DNA of 64,000 bases from the human T2T-CHM13v2.0 reference genome, Homo sapiens. The translations under genes were made by a program, and so were the position numbers. The stretch is from positions 3,808,001 to 3,872,000 of the forward strand of contig CP086569.2 of assembly GCA_009914755.4 (NCBI GenBank), read 5' to 3'. The notes beneath the pieces are model-generated. The model did no database searches, was not told the DNA's origin, and was given only the letters and a program-made list of their open reading frames with translations. Of this stretch, positions 12,380 to 26,131 are shown piece after piece (position 1 is the first letter of the stretch; each line of letters starts with the position of its first letter).

Positions 12380-14585
12380 CTCTTCCTTTTAAGAAGGCCT
12401 GCTTGGTGGCAATCTCCTCCATGTTTTCTCTCTCTCCTACTGTGATGTAAGACGTGCCTTGCTTTTCCTTTGCCTCCTGCCATGATTGTAAGATTGTTGA
12501 GGTCTCTCCAACCATGTGGAACTGTGAATTAATTAAACCTCTTTTGTTTATAAATTACCCAGTCTCAGGTAGTGTCTTTATAGCAGTGTGAGAATGGACT
12601 AATATAGAGAATTGGTAGTAGGATTTGGGTACTGTTATAAAGATGACCTGAAAATGTGGAAGCGACTTTAGAACTGGGTAACAGGCAGAGTTTGGAACAG
12701 TTTTGAGGGCTCAGAAAAAGACAGAAATACGTGGAAAATTTTGGAACTTCCTAGAGATTTGTTGAATGGTTTTGGCCACAATGCTGATAGTGATATGGAC
12801 AATAAAGTCCAGGCTGAGGTGGCCTCAGATAGAGATGAGGAATTTGTTGGGAACTGGAGCAAAGGTCACTCTTGCTATGCTATGCTTTAGCAAAGAGATT
12901 GGTAGCATTTTGCCCCTTCCCTAGAGATCCATTCAACTTTGAACTTGAGAGAGATAATTTAGGGTATCTGGCAGAAGAAATTTTTAAGCAGTAAAACATT
13001 CAAGAGGTTACCTGGCTTATTCTGAAAGCATTCACTTATATGCATTCACAAAGAGATGGTTTGAAATGGGAACTTATGTTTAAAAAGGAAGCAGAGCATA
13101 AAGGTTTGGAAAATTTGCAGGCTGACCATGTGGTAGAAAAGAATAACCCATGTTCTTGGGAGGAATACAAGCTGGCTGCAGAAATTTGCATAAGTAGCGA
13201 GGAGTCGAATGTTAACCACCAAGACAATGGGGCAAAGGTCTCTAGGGCATTTCGGAGATCTTCATGGCAGCTCTTCCCATCACAGGCCTGGAGGCTGAGG
13301 AGGGAAAAATGGTTTTGTGGCCCAGGCATTTGGCCCTGCTACTCTGTGCAGCCCCAGAAGTTGGTGCCCTACATCCAAGCCACTCCAGCTTCACCCATGC
13401 ATAAAAGGGACAAACATGCAGCCCAGGCCATCACTTCAGAGGGTGAAAGCCCGAAGCCTTGGCAACTTCCACATGGTGTTGGGCCTGTAGGTGCACTGAA
13501 GCCAAGAGTTGAGGTTTGGGAACCTCAACCTAGATTTGAGAGGATGTATGGAAAGGCCTGGATGTCCAGACAGAAATCTGCTGCAGGGGCATAACCTTCA
13601 TGGAGCACCTCTATTATGGCAATGCAGAGGGGAAATGTGGGGTTGGAGCTTCCACACAGAGTCCCCACTGGGGCACCACTTAGTGGAGCTGTGAGAAGAC
13701 AGCCACCATCCTCTAGATCTCAGGATGGTAGTTCCACTGACAGCTTGCACAATGCACCTGGAAAAGACACAGGCACTCAATGCCAGCCTATGAAAGTAGC
13801 TGCAGGGGATGTACCATGCAGAGCCACAAGGGCAGAGCTACCCAAGTCATTGGGAGCCAACCCCTTGCATCAGCATTACCTGGGTATAAGACATGGAGTT
13901 AAAATAGATTATTTTGGAGCTTTAAGATTTAATAGCTGCTTGCTGGGTTTCAGACTTGCATGGAGCCTGTGACACCTTTGGTCAATTTGGAAGGGGAATA
14001 TTTATGCAATTACTGAACCCCCATTGTACCTTGGAAGGAACTAACTCACTTTTTATTTTACAGGCTCATAGGTGAAAGGGACTTGCCTTGTCTTAGATGA
14101 AACTTTGGACTTGGACTTTTGAGTTAATGCTGGAATGAGTTAAGACTTTGGGGGACTGTTGAGAAGGCATAATTGGTTTTTCAATGTGAAAAGGACATGA
14201 GACTTAGGAGGAGCCAGAGTAGCATAACATGGTTTGGTTCTGTGTCCCCACCCAAATTTCATCTCGAATCCCCACTTGTCCAGGCAGGGACCTGGTTGCA
14301 GGTGATTGGATGATGTAGGAGGTTTCTCCCATGCTGTTCTTTTGACAGTGAGAGAGTTCTCAGGAGATCTGATGGTTTAAAAGTAGCAGTGCCTCCTCTG
14401 TGTTCTCTCTTTTTTTTCCACCACGTATGATGTGCCTTGCTTCCCCTTTGCCTTTCACAATAATTTTAAGTTTCCTAAGGCCTCCCCAGCCATGCAGAAC
14501 TGTAAGTAAATTAAACATCTTTTGTTTATAAGTTACCCAGTCTCAGGTAGTAGCTTTATAGCAGTGTGAAAATAGACTGAGACAG
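12380..14585 (+). mobile_element. Second complete MaLR (THE1/MST-type) element: 5'-truncated 5' LTR about 12380-12607, internal region, full 3' LTR about 14220-14585
   Basis: The 3' LTR starts agcataacatggtttggttctgtgtccccacccaaatttcatctcgaatcc and ends tttataagttacccagtctcaggtagtagctttatagcagtgtgaaaatagactgag. The internal region is homologous to that of the 5310-7750 element. ORF 13040-13594 lies in this non-coding internal region. Confidence 0.8.
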
Positions 14586-15099
14586 TAATTTAAACAACAG
14601 CCAAGAAAGCTAGAGTCCAGAGATGTTTAGTTTCCCTATGGAAACTATGGCCCTATGGAAACCCCCCACTGAGGACCCCCACCAAATGGATCCACTGACA
14701 TGTAATGCTCAGATAGGGGGGCATTGAAGACTGGATTGTGACCACCATTCTCTGTAATATATTCTTTTTTGAGGGGTTTGGAAGAACTCACACTTCTGAG
14801 ACAGTTAAGATTTTTTTCTGCTGACCACAAATTATTAAACAAAGCTTTGCTTCCTTAACCAATTGCAAATCCAAAAATCATTAAATCTACCTACAACCCG
14901 TAAGGTTCTACTTTAAGCTATCTCAACTTTTTAAGGCCAAAAACAATGTGTAACCTCTATCTATTGATTTAGTATTTTGCATGTAGCTTCTGCTTTTGTA
15001 AAATTTACCCCTGCCTTTTAAAATCTTGTCCTGCAAGACATCTGAGAGGTCCAGATTGGAGCAATAGCTTCTTGTCCCTCCTTGCTTGAAACCCTGCAA

Positions 15100-15876
15100 A
15101 AAAAATGCCACCTTTTCTATCACAGCAAAAACCTCAATGTGGATATGTGGTTTTACTGCACTGGGAAAATTTGTTAGTGGCAGCGAATCTGTATGATTCT
15201 GCAGCAACTTCAATTCTTGCCTCCTCAGAAGAAAAAATTCAAACGAGGGGCATAAGGCAGAAGAAGAGACTGAGGCAAGTTTTAGAGCAGGAGTGAAAAT
15301 TTGTGAAAATGCTTTAGAGCAGGAATGAAAGGAAGTAATGTACACTTGGAAGAGGGCCAAGTGGGCAACCTGAAAGACAGGTTCATGGTTTGACCTTTTG
15401 ACTTGGGGTTTTATATACTGGCATACATTCATGGTCTCACATCCTTTCTCCCCTGATTCCTCCCTTGTGGTGGGCTGTTGACAAGCACAGCAGCTTACCG
15501 GTACTTGGAATTTGATCATGCAGTGTGTTTACTGAAGTTGTAAGCATGCTCACTTGAGGTGTTCCTCCCTTACCAGACAAATACTCCTAGAAGGTCATTT
15601 ACCATTTAAACCCTGTCACTTTTCCTCTACATGTACATGGTTGAACTCAGCCATCCAACTCCTGAGATCTTATCAGGAAGCAGATGATCACCAGTTTCAG
15701 GTTTTTTTCTATCTCTAGGAAGACTGCCTTTCCCTGGTGCTGGCTGTGGCCAATTATTATTTTAGAGAGAGATAGTTAACAATCACATGACCATCACCTG
15801 ATGGTCTCCTGATATTCCTGGTCAGATGGAGCCCTCTCCTGCTCTGCTCATGCCTGACCAGCTACCTATTATAGCA
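15100..15876 (+). mobile_element. Unclassified LTR-like interspersed repeat, copy A
   Basis: About 80% identical over roughly 0.8 kb to 25090-26131. Shared blocks include ctcagaagaaa…gggcataaggcagaagaa…tttagagcagga…tacacttggaagag…ggtttgaccttttgacttgg…gctcacttgaggt…cttaccag…tcatttacca…tgatcaccagtttcag…ctatctctagg…ttattattttagagaga…ccctctcctgc…ctgctcatgcctgac. I cannot name the family from memory. Confidence 0.5.
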
Positions 15877-18800
15877 TTTTCCCACTCATGATCTTAAGAC
15901 CCCAATTATTTGGAGAAAATGGACAAAGGTCAGTCTTCTATAACTCTTCACTGCTGACAAAGAGGCAGTGGATCGCTCTGTGGGTCTTGGCCTGTTGCTA
16001 GCTGTCAGGGCAGGAAGGTGGCTCCATGGGTGTTTGAATGTGGTATCCAGCCAGGGTCTAGGGAGACAGGGGCAGGATTTTGCCTCTGTTATGTCTCACT
16101 GACGGGCAGTCCAGGGGTCCCCTGTAGAAGAGTGACTCTGAATATTGAAAAGATGATATCCCTCACTGAGGATTATCTGGAGCTTGATAGCCTATACCTT
16201 TTGTTTCTTCTGAGGTACAAACAGTAATCACTAGTTGGCTCACAGGAATAAGCAGAGTTAGTCTAAATTGCAGACAAAAACTCAAAAAGAACTGATGAGA
16301 CTAGAATCTAATAATAAATGTACCATAGTGCTCGAAACATGATTTTTATCCCTCCAGTTCTCATTTTTATTTTAAAAAAACATTAAAGTAACTATTTGTT
16401 TGCAAAATAAAGTTTAGTTTTATGATACTTGGCAAATTATTGGCATAAAGCACAGAAAGTTTATTTTCTATATAGGCTCCTTTTTAAATTGACTTTGATG
16501 GATCTTCATTCCATAATGAATCTCATGCAAGAGTTTTCTTAAAGCCTTAAGCCCAGCCATGAATTGGTGCCATCAAATACCTGTATGATTGGGTAAATTC
16601 TTCTCCTCTTTAGGTCCTAAGATAACTTGAAGCTCCTGGGCCCATTAGAAAGTGACATTCTTTACTTACCAAAGGTCAGCAACCCTGTACAGGAACTGTG
16701 TAGACAAAGTATGAGGACAGTTTACCCAAGGGGTTTTATTGGCTCTATAAGTAAAATTTGATTCCTTAAGGGAAAGCATGCCATTCCAGTCAAAGCCTTG
16801 GTAAAATAACCAGATCCTCCAACTGTGTTCTGTTGTAAAAGAAACCAGATTCTTATTGCATTTATGCAAATAACTATATTGCCATTAGCTAAGAATACTC
16901 GCAAATAGCTTTCAAATTTTGAATAAATCCAGTAAGGAGAAATATGCTCCAAAGATTATTTATAGGAGTATATTTTACTGAATTGTTAAAAGATGTAAAT
17001 AACTCAAAAGAAAAGTTTTCCTGGCTTTGAAAAACAAAATACCAGCAACATTTTAAGCAAAAAGTCATGAAATAATTAATTTAGTTTTCTATTAGGTCAG
17101 GCCATGTGTACAGTTAACTTTTGTTCTGCTTGATATTCATAAACATTTCAGCTCTCCATGAGAGTCCTAAAAGTCTTTCCCTAATTCTAATGTCACAGTC
17201 TCCAAAGTCATCAGAATGCTGCATTCAAGAACACCTCTTAGATTTTTATAGCTGGTTATAAAACCACCTTCTGAAGAGGACCAAAAGAAAACAATAATTT
17301 CCTTGGATGACAAGACATCTTAGGGCAGCCTCTATTAAAGCCACAATTGACTAGGAATTTTGGTTACTTCTTTGGCATATTATAACAATTTTACCTAACA
17401 ATTATAATGATTAATAACATACAGTAATTAATATCAGAATTATAGAACAAATTGGAATAAATGCTCATAACACATTTATACAAATACAGCCCAAAGAAAG
17501 CCAAATATTACCTTCGCACTGGTGTACTGTTGATGTCAAACTTAGTTCTTAAAACCTTATAGACAAATCTATTCAATTTTAATCAGTCTGACTCTATGGT
17601 AAGATTCTCATAAACCTTTTACAACACTTTACAATTTTATTTGTTAAAGAGCATAACAATGCTCTAAGAAAACCCTGTTGTGGTTTTATTCCAATATTTA
17701 ATTTACAGAAAAACTGAATAATACTCCTTTATCTTTACCCAATAATTTCACACAAAAAATTTTTTTTTACAAGTTAATTTTTCACAAACCTTCCATGACT
17801 TGTTCAAACTTTCAGGTTTTTTCCATCTAATGAAAAACAAAACTTGAATTCTTTAATCTAGGCAAAAATATACACATTACCTTGGCTTGTTATAATCTTT
17901 TACAAAAAACACATTTCACTTTCCTTGCACACCTTACATGTAAAACTTTTTCTTTAGTAGTTTTAATTAAATGTTACAATGTTAACTCTTAGCAACTTTT
18001 ATTTTTGGTGAAAAACCTGGTAAGTAAATGATTTTAATTATGTACTAGGTGTGGAGCCTAGGAAACCAAATGAAAGTGTGAATAAGGTCTGATTCTTTGC
18101 AGCATAACCAGGGGAGCATGCCTAACTTCACATGTCCTCAGGCCTTACATAGATTATGATGGCTCCAAAATAGGTAAGTTGGACAATTTTCAAAAGTCAA
18201 AGAATAAGTTTATGACCTTACAGCATTTAGCAAACCTAGTATCTGACCTGCATAATTTATACAATATGTCTAAATTTTTGAATATATTTTTATTTTACCA
18301 TTAATATTTAAACCCGTCTTTAATTCCCAAACATTACGTAAGTCACATGAATGAAAAGGCATTATAGTTTTTATTTTTCTGGCAAAATACTTGATTGAAG
18401 CACTTATTATTTTTAAGCCAATTAATCGGAGCTCTTTCATATATAAACATCACACATACAACACATATAAATACACAGAAAGACAGAAAATCCAGTAATG
18501 TAAGGTTTTCCATTTGCCAGTTTTTAAGTTTCTTAATTGGATTACTGGCTTCAGGGTGGAGCACCTTGAGATACAATGTCAGGAAAGCATGCAGTTTCTA
18601 GGGTCTAATAAGCAGTCATAGCTGGATGCAAAATGGATCCCCAAAAGTTAAGGGTACCATTTTTATACCAGATCCTAGATCCCAAAAAAAGAGAAAAATC
18701 GGCCCATTTCCCATGGGATTCTTATCTCTCAGTGAGAGGTGGAATCATTTCCAGACTTTCTAGGTGGCCAAGAGCACGCTTCTCTGATCCAAATGTGTAA

Positions 18801-20814
18801 AGCACTGAGTATCTCACCGTAACTGCCATTAGCCATCCCTAAAAGTATATTTCTTACCCAGTTATTACACACCAAAACTCTCTCATAATTCAAAGTAATT
18901 TCTGATACCCCCAAAAGTTAAAAAAAAAAAATCAGATAACATCATTCAAAGTGGAACAGAGCTTTAGATTTTGAGAGGAATTTTATCTGCTTTTGATTCC
19001 TAGAGCTTCATGAGGGAAAAAGGAAGTTTTTCCCAAAATGGGGTCTGTATTGCCTCCTCTCTTTATCCCAAGGAGAAACTGTCTTAGGAATTATCTTAGG
19101 TTCTCTTATGTGTGCATTAAGAGTGGCAAGAAGACAAAATGGAGAACAACTATTCAGTCAACTGACAAGAAAGAAAAACCTTTTTTTTTTTTTTCAGGAA
19201 AACATGATTCAAGAAGAGAAAAAAATGTAAAGGCCTTTTAAATATATGCATAGCTTGGACTTGGATATCTGCTTTTATTTAAGCTGACTTTTAACCACAC
19301 TGCTCTTTAAAAAAATCTTTCTAAATCTCTTATCACCCTACTTTAGCTAGGCCAAACAGCGAATATTCCTGGCTTTTAAACTTTACCAAAATAAACCTCA
19401 TAGGTGAAACCAATAGGCCTTAACTAAAGTTATGACTTAACCATGAGTGTACAAGGTATTTTCAAAGAGGCAGTTAACGGTTTTTATAATACCTAGAATC
19501 TCCGAAGTTAGGTCAGAGGAAATACAATTCAAGAAGGGAACTCACAAGTTGTTCCTGGAGGGGCAGAGAATCAACAAATGGCAAATGTCACACAAATGTC
19601 AACCAGAAAGTACTCTTTCCTAAGCCAGGAATTGAACCCTGAACTCATGTCACCACTGGGAAAAGACAAAGCCTTAGCTACCATGCTACAGCATTTGGCA
19701 GTTTTTATTGCTCTTCCCAGAAGGAGCCTAGAGCAGTCAGTTTGGAGCTTGCGATGGCTTTTGGCTTGCTCAAGATAATTCTTAGAGCTAACTATGGCAT
19801 GAACTCCAAAATTTCTGCCATTTGGATACTGAAGATGAAGAAAAAGTACTGCCACCTGGTTACAAAATCAAGCTCTCAAGGACGTAAAACAAGACGAGAG
19901 AAAATCTTCATCCACTTTTTTATTTTGTTGTTTTCTTTTGGTATCACAGAACTGCAGCAAATTTTGTAACTGACCAGTTTGCCAGGCTGGCTTGAACAGT
20001 GGGCTTACAGGCATCCTAGGTTCACATTCTACCCTAAGGTACCCCTCTTTATGAAAGAATGAAACAGAAAGAAAAATTCATAGCAGAAAGCAAACCAGGT
20101 TTGTTTCAGCTTAAGAGTGGCCTCATGAATCCTTTTTCTCACTAACGAAAACTTTGCAGAGGAGACAGTGCTTTTTACCACTCCTACAGCTCATTTGCAC
20201 AGAGAGAGAGTGGCCAGAAATCTGACTGGTGAAAATTTTTTACCCTTTTGCCGGCATTCCAGGTTTCTGGGTTCCCTTTCTCTGAGTGGCCCTCATGATC
20301 CTGTTTGCTGAATCATAACTGCAACACAAAGGAAAGTTATCTTTTCCCATTTCATGAAACCACAGGCCAAAAGCCTCTCAATATTGTAAGATGCCACGCA
20401 AGTGGCTGCGGAGCGTAACCAAAATAACATTTTCCATTTCAGCAAGAGCAAAATATGCATGACAAAACAGACATTAGCTACTTGGCTTAGGACCCAATAT
20501 CAAACTGGCAAGACTCAAACTTGCCCCCAGTTGGGCCCTGCCATCTTTAATCCATTGAAAGTGCAGTGGAAAGATTCCAACCAGGAGTTTCAACATGTGG
20601 TCTCTGGACAACATAGTCGCCCTGCGTAACAGAAGAGAGAAAATAAAAATAAAAAAAGAAGAAGAAAAATAAAAAGAAAGAAAAGCATTGTCTGTGGTGG
20701 GGTGGGAAAGGTGAGGAGCTCAGGGAGACCAGAGAAAGACCCAGCCATTGCAGCGACACTGAATCAAAAGTTTGGGTGGCTATAGTCCCATCAGTTCCCA
20801 AGTTTCCCCTTTTG

Positions 20815-23800
20815 GGGAGAACCAAGAAGAAACAAACCCCAAAGCTGGCAGAAGAGAAGAAATAACCAAGATCAGAGCAGAACTGAAGGAGATAGATACA
20901 CAAAATACCCTTAAAAACCCATGAGTCCAGGAACTGGTTTTCTGAAAAAATTAATAAAATAGACTGTTAGCTAGACTAATAAGAAGAAAAGAGAGAATAA
21001 TCAAATAGGCACAATAAAGAATGATAAAGGGGATGTTGCCATTGACCCCACAGAAATACAAACAACCACCAGAGAGTACTATAAACACCTCTATGCAAAT
21101 AAACTAGAAAATCTAGAATAAATAAATTCCTGGACACATACAGCCTCCCAAGCTTGAACCAGGAAGAAGGTGAATTCCTGAGTAGACCAATAACAATTTC
21201 TGAAATTGAGGCAGTAATAAATAGCCTACCAACCAATAAAAGCCCAGGACCAGACAAATTTACAGCCAAATTCTATTAGAGGTACAAAAAGGACCTGCTA
21301 CCATTTCTTCCGAAAATATTCCAAACAATTGAAAAGAAGGGACTTCTGCCTAACTCATTTTATGAGACCATCACCATCCTGATAACAAAACCTGGCAGAG
21401 ATACAACAAAAAAAGGAAACTTCAGGCCAATATCCCTGATGAACATCAACACAAAAATTCTAAAGAAAATACTGGAAAACTGAATCCAGCAGCACATCAA
21501 AAAGCTTATCCACTAGAATCAAGTCAGCTTCATCCACAAGATGCAAGGCTGGTTCAACATACACAGATCAATAAATGTAATTCATCATGTAAACAGAACT
21601 AAAGACAAAAACCACATGATTATCTGAATAGATGCAGAAAAGGTCCTCGATAAAATTCAACATCCCTTTAAGTTAAAAACTCTCAATAAACTAGGTATTG
21701 ATGGAATACACCTCAAAATAATAAGAGCCATTTATGACAAACCCACAGCCAATATCATACTGAATGGGCAGAAGCTGGAAGCGTTCTCCTTAAAAACCGG
21801 CACAAGACAAGGACGCCCTCTCTCACCACTCCTATTCAACATAGTATTGGAAGTTCTGTCCAGGGCAATCAGGCAAGAGCAAGAAATAAAGGGCATTCAA
21901 ATAAAAAGAGAGGAATTCAAACTGTCTCTGTTTGCAGATGACATGATCTTTTATCTAGAAAACTCCTTTGTTTTAGCCCAAAAGTTTCTTAAGCTGATAA
22001 GCAGGTTCAGCAGTCTCAGGATACAAAATCAATGTGCAAAAATCATAGGCATTCCAATACGCCAACAACAGACAAGCAGAGAGCCAAATCATGAATTAAC
22101 TCCAAATTCACAATTGCTACAAAGAGAATAAAATACCTAGGAATACAGCTAAAAAAGAAAATGAAGGACCTCTTCAAGTAGAAATACAAACCACTGCTCA
22201 AGGAAATCAGATTTGACACAAACAAACAGAAAAACTTTGCATGCTCATGGATAGGAAGAATCAATACCATAAAAATGGCCATACTGCCCAAAGCAATTTA
22301 TAGATTCAATGCTATTCTCATTAAACTACCATTGATATTCTTCACAGAATTAGAAAAAAACTACTTCAAAATTCATATGGAATCAAAACAGAGCCCATGT
22401 AGCTGTGACAATCCTAAGCAAAAAGAAAAAAGCTGGAGGTATAATGCTACCTGACTTTAAACTATGCTACAAGGCTACAGTAACCAAAACAGCATGGTAC
22501 TGGTACAAAAACAGACACATAGACCAATGGGACAGAATAGAGAATAGAAATAAGACCACATCTACAACCATCTGATCTTTCAAAAACATGAAAAATACAA
22601 GCAATAGGAAAAAGATTCCCTATTTAATTAATAGTGCTGGGAAAACTGGCTATCCAAATGCAGAAAATTGAAACTGGACCCATTCTTTACACCTAATACA
22701 AAAATTAACTCAATGTGGATTAAAGACTTAAATGTAAAAACCAAAGCTATGAAAACCCTAGAAGACAACCTAGGCAATACTATTCAGGATATAGGCATGG
22801 ACAGAAATTTCATGATGAAAACATCAACAGTAATTGCAACAAAAGCAAAAATTGACAAATGGGATCTAATTAAACTAAAGATCACCTGCACAGCAAAAGA
22901 ACTATCATCAGAGTGAACAGAGAACCTACAGAATGGAAGAGAAAATGTTTGCAGTCTATCCATCTGACAAAGATCTAATATCCAGAATCTAAAAGGAACT
23001 TAAATTTACAAGAAAACATGGGCAAAGAATTTGGGAGGCTAAGGTGGGTGGATCACTTGAAGTCAGGAGTTCAAGACCAACTTGGCCACATGGTGAAAGT
23101 GTCTCCACTATTAAAAAAAAAAAAAGAAAAAAAAAGCTAATTAGCTGGGTGTGGCAGTGGGTGCCTATAGTCCCAGCTACTCAGGAGGCTGAGGCTAAAT
23201 AATTGCTTGAGCCTGAGAAATGGAGGTTGTAGTGAGCTGAGATTGCGTCACTACACTCCAGCCTGGGTGGCAGAGTGAGACTTTGTCTCAAAAAAAAAAA
23301 AAAAACATGTGGGCAAAGAACACGAACAAACACTTCTCAAAAGAAGACATTTATGTGGCCATCAAACATATGAAAAATCAACATCACTGATCATTAGATA
23401 AATGCAAATCAAAAGTATATTGAGATACCATATCACGCCACTCAGAATGGTGATTATTAAAAGTCAAGAAACAACAGATGCTGGTGAGGCTGTGGATAAA
23501 CAGGAGTGCTTTGATACTGTTGGTGGGAATATACATTTGTTCAATCATTGTGGAAGACAGTGTGGCTATTCTTTGAAGACCTAGAACCAGAAATACCATT
23601 TGACCCAGCAATCCCTTTACTGGGTATATACGCAAAGTAATATAAGTTATTCTATTATAAAGATACATGCCCATGTATGTTCATTGCAGCACTATTTACA
23701 ATAGCAAAGACATGGAATCAACCCAAATGCCCATCAATGGTAGACTGAAAAAAAGAAAACATAGTATATATGCACCATGGAATACTATCCAGCCATAAAA

Positions 23801-24213
23801 AAGAAAGAGATCATGTCCTTTGCAGGGACATGGATGGAGCTGGAAGCCATTATCCTCAGCAAATCCAAAGCCATTATCCTCACACAGGAACAGAAAACCA
23901 AACACCACGTTCTGACTTATAAGTGGAAGCTGAACAATGAGAACACATGGACACAGGAAGGGGAATGACACACACTGGGCCCTTTTGGGACAGGGAGTTT
24001 GCGGGAGGGAGAGCATCAGGATAAATAGGTAATGCACACGGGACTTAATACCTAGGTGTTGGGTTGATAGGTGCAGCAAACCACCATGGCACATGTTTAC
24101 TTACGTAACAAAACTGCACGTCCTGCATATGTATCCCGGAACTTAAAGAATTCACAAATGGCAAAGGAAGAATTTCCTCTCTTCCCAAAGTGGTGCTAAC
24201 TAAAAAAAAAAAA
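20815..24213 (+). mobile_element. LINE-1 (plus), 5'-truncated inside ORF2, running to the 3' end with a poly(A). An Alu interrupts it.
   Basis: Translation gives [18 protein letters not shown]…[32 protein letters not shown]…[61 protein letters not shown]…[14 protein letters not shown] 21847-22131 matches L1 ORF2. Positions 23300-24150 carry the ORF2 C-terminus and 3'UTR, and 24202-24213 is an A13 tail. Confidence 0.85.
23072..23306 (+). mobile_element. Alu SINE (plus), 5'-truncated, inserted into the L1
   Basis: tgggaggctaaggtgggtggatcacttgaagtcaggagttcaagaccaac…gcctgggtggcagagtgagactttgtctc plus poly(A). It is flanked by a duplicated target of about 15 bp: aacatgggcaaagaa on the left and aacatgtgggcaaagaa on the right. 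Confidence 0.9.
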
Positions 24214-25089
24214 GCAAGTAGGTGCGATCCTTAAAGGGCCTGCGTGAGGCCCTATGCAGGCTCACAAACTGCTTCAAAAGCAGTGGCTTTTGAAACCAAT
24301 GGCTTTTGAAGCAATTTGTCCGCCTGCACAGGGGAAAACTTGGCCCTGGGGAGTAACAGGAATGAAAATCATATGGTAAGTCATAAGGACCTGACAGAGC
24401 CAGTGTTCCGATTAGTGTCTGTCCCAGCAATGTGCCAGCAGAAAGGGGAAGGGTTGGAGTTCATCCGAGCTGGTAGGGTAAAAGCAAATATAAATCTCAG
24501 GAGATATCCCCAAGGGAGCCCATGTCTTTGCTGCCTCACAAACCCAGTAAAACAGCTGTGGGCACATGAATAGCAGGGAGTGTATATTTAAGAAGTCACG
24601 TGACCTGCAAAGTGAAAGCAAAGAGCAGACTTACCCCCAAGGCAGATGGTCTGGCAGGTGTGCAAGGCCATTTCAGAACACACACAGAGAAAACAGGAGA
24701 ATAGACATTGTGAATTCTTGGGAAAGAGCCAATTTGAGATGAAAAAGCAGAGGAAACCCAGACATTGCACGGTTTTAGACTTTAGCTCTAGCATTCTCGT
24801 GAGCTTCCTGTCCAGGAGGGCCATTAGTGCTTCAGTCCTACTCCATGTGAACCCCAACGTCCTTTCCACTATGATGAGCCATCCATCAGGGTGAGCTGAG
24901 AGATCAGCCAGGAGGAGCAGGGTCACTAATGTCTGAAAGGAATTGTTCTGGGTGTTAGTTAGTAAGCAGAAGAGAGAAAGGGAGAAGAAAACCATGTATG
25001 GGTGTTGAACACCTCCAGCCAAAGAAGGCGAGGCATAGAGATCTCTTACGATTAGGGCATGGATCCTAGCCAAGCGGTGCCAATGTATG

Positions 25090-26131
<1,042 letters not shown>

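Noticed and set aside
13040-13594. 184-aa ORF on the plus strand
   Set aside because: It lies wholly inside the non-coding internal region of a MaLR element (12380-14585) that is homologous to 5700-7346. It has no recognisable protein domain and is a chance ORF in repeat sequence.
14923-15519. 198-aa ORF on the minus strand, the longest in the window
   Set aside because: It overlaps the LTR-like repeat copy A and its flank. The translation is low-complexity with no recognisable motif. The homologous copy B does not conserve the frame.
20640-20700. Purine-rich (GA/A-rich) tract of about 60 bp just upstream of a 5'-truncated L1
   Set aside because: It is low-complexity sequence with no repeat periodicity, and I see no evidence of function.
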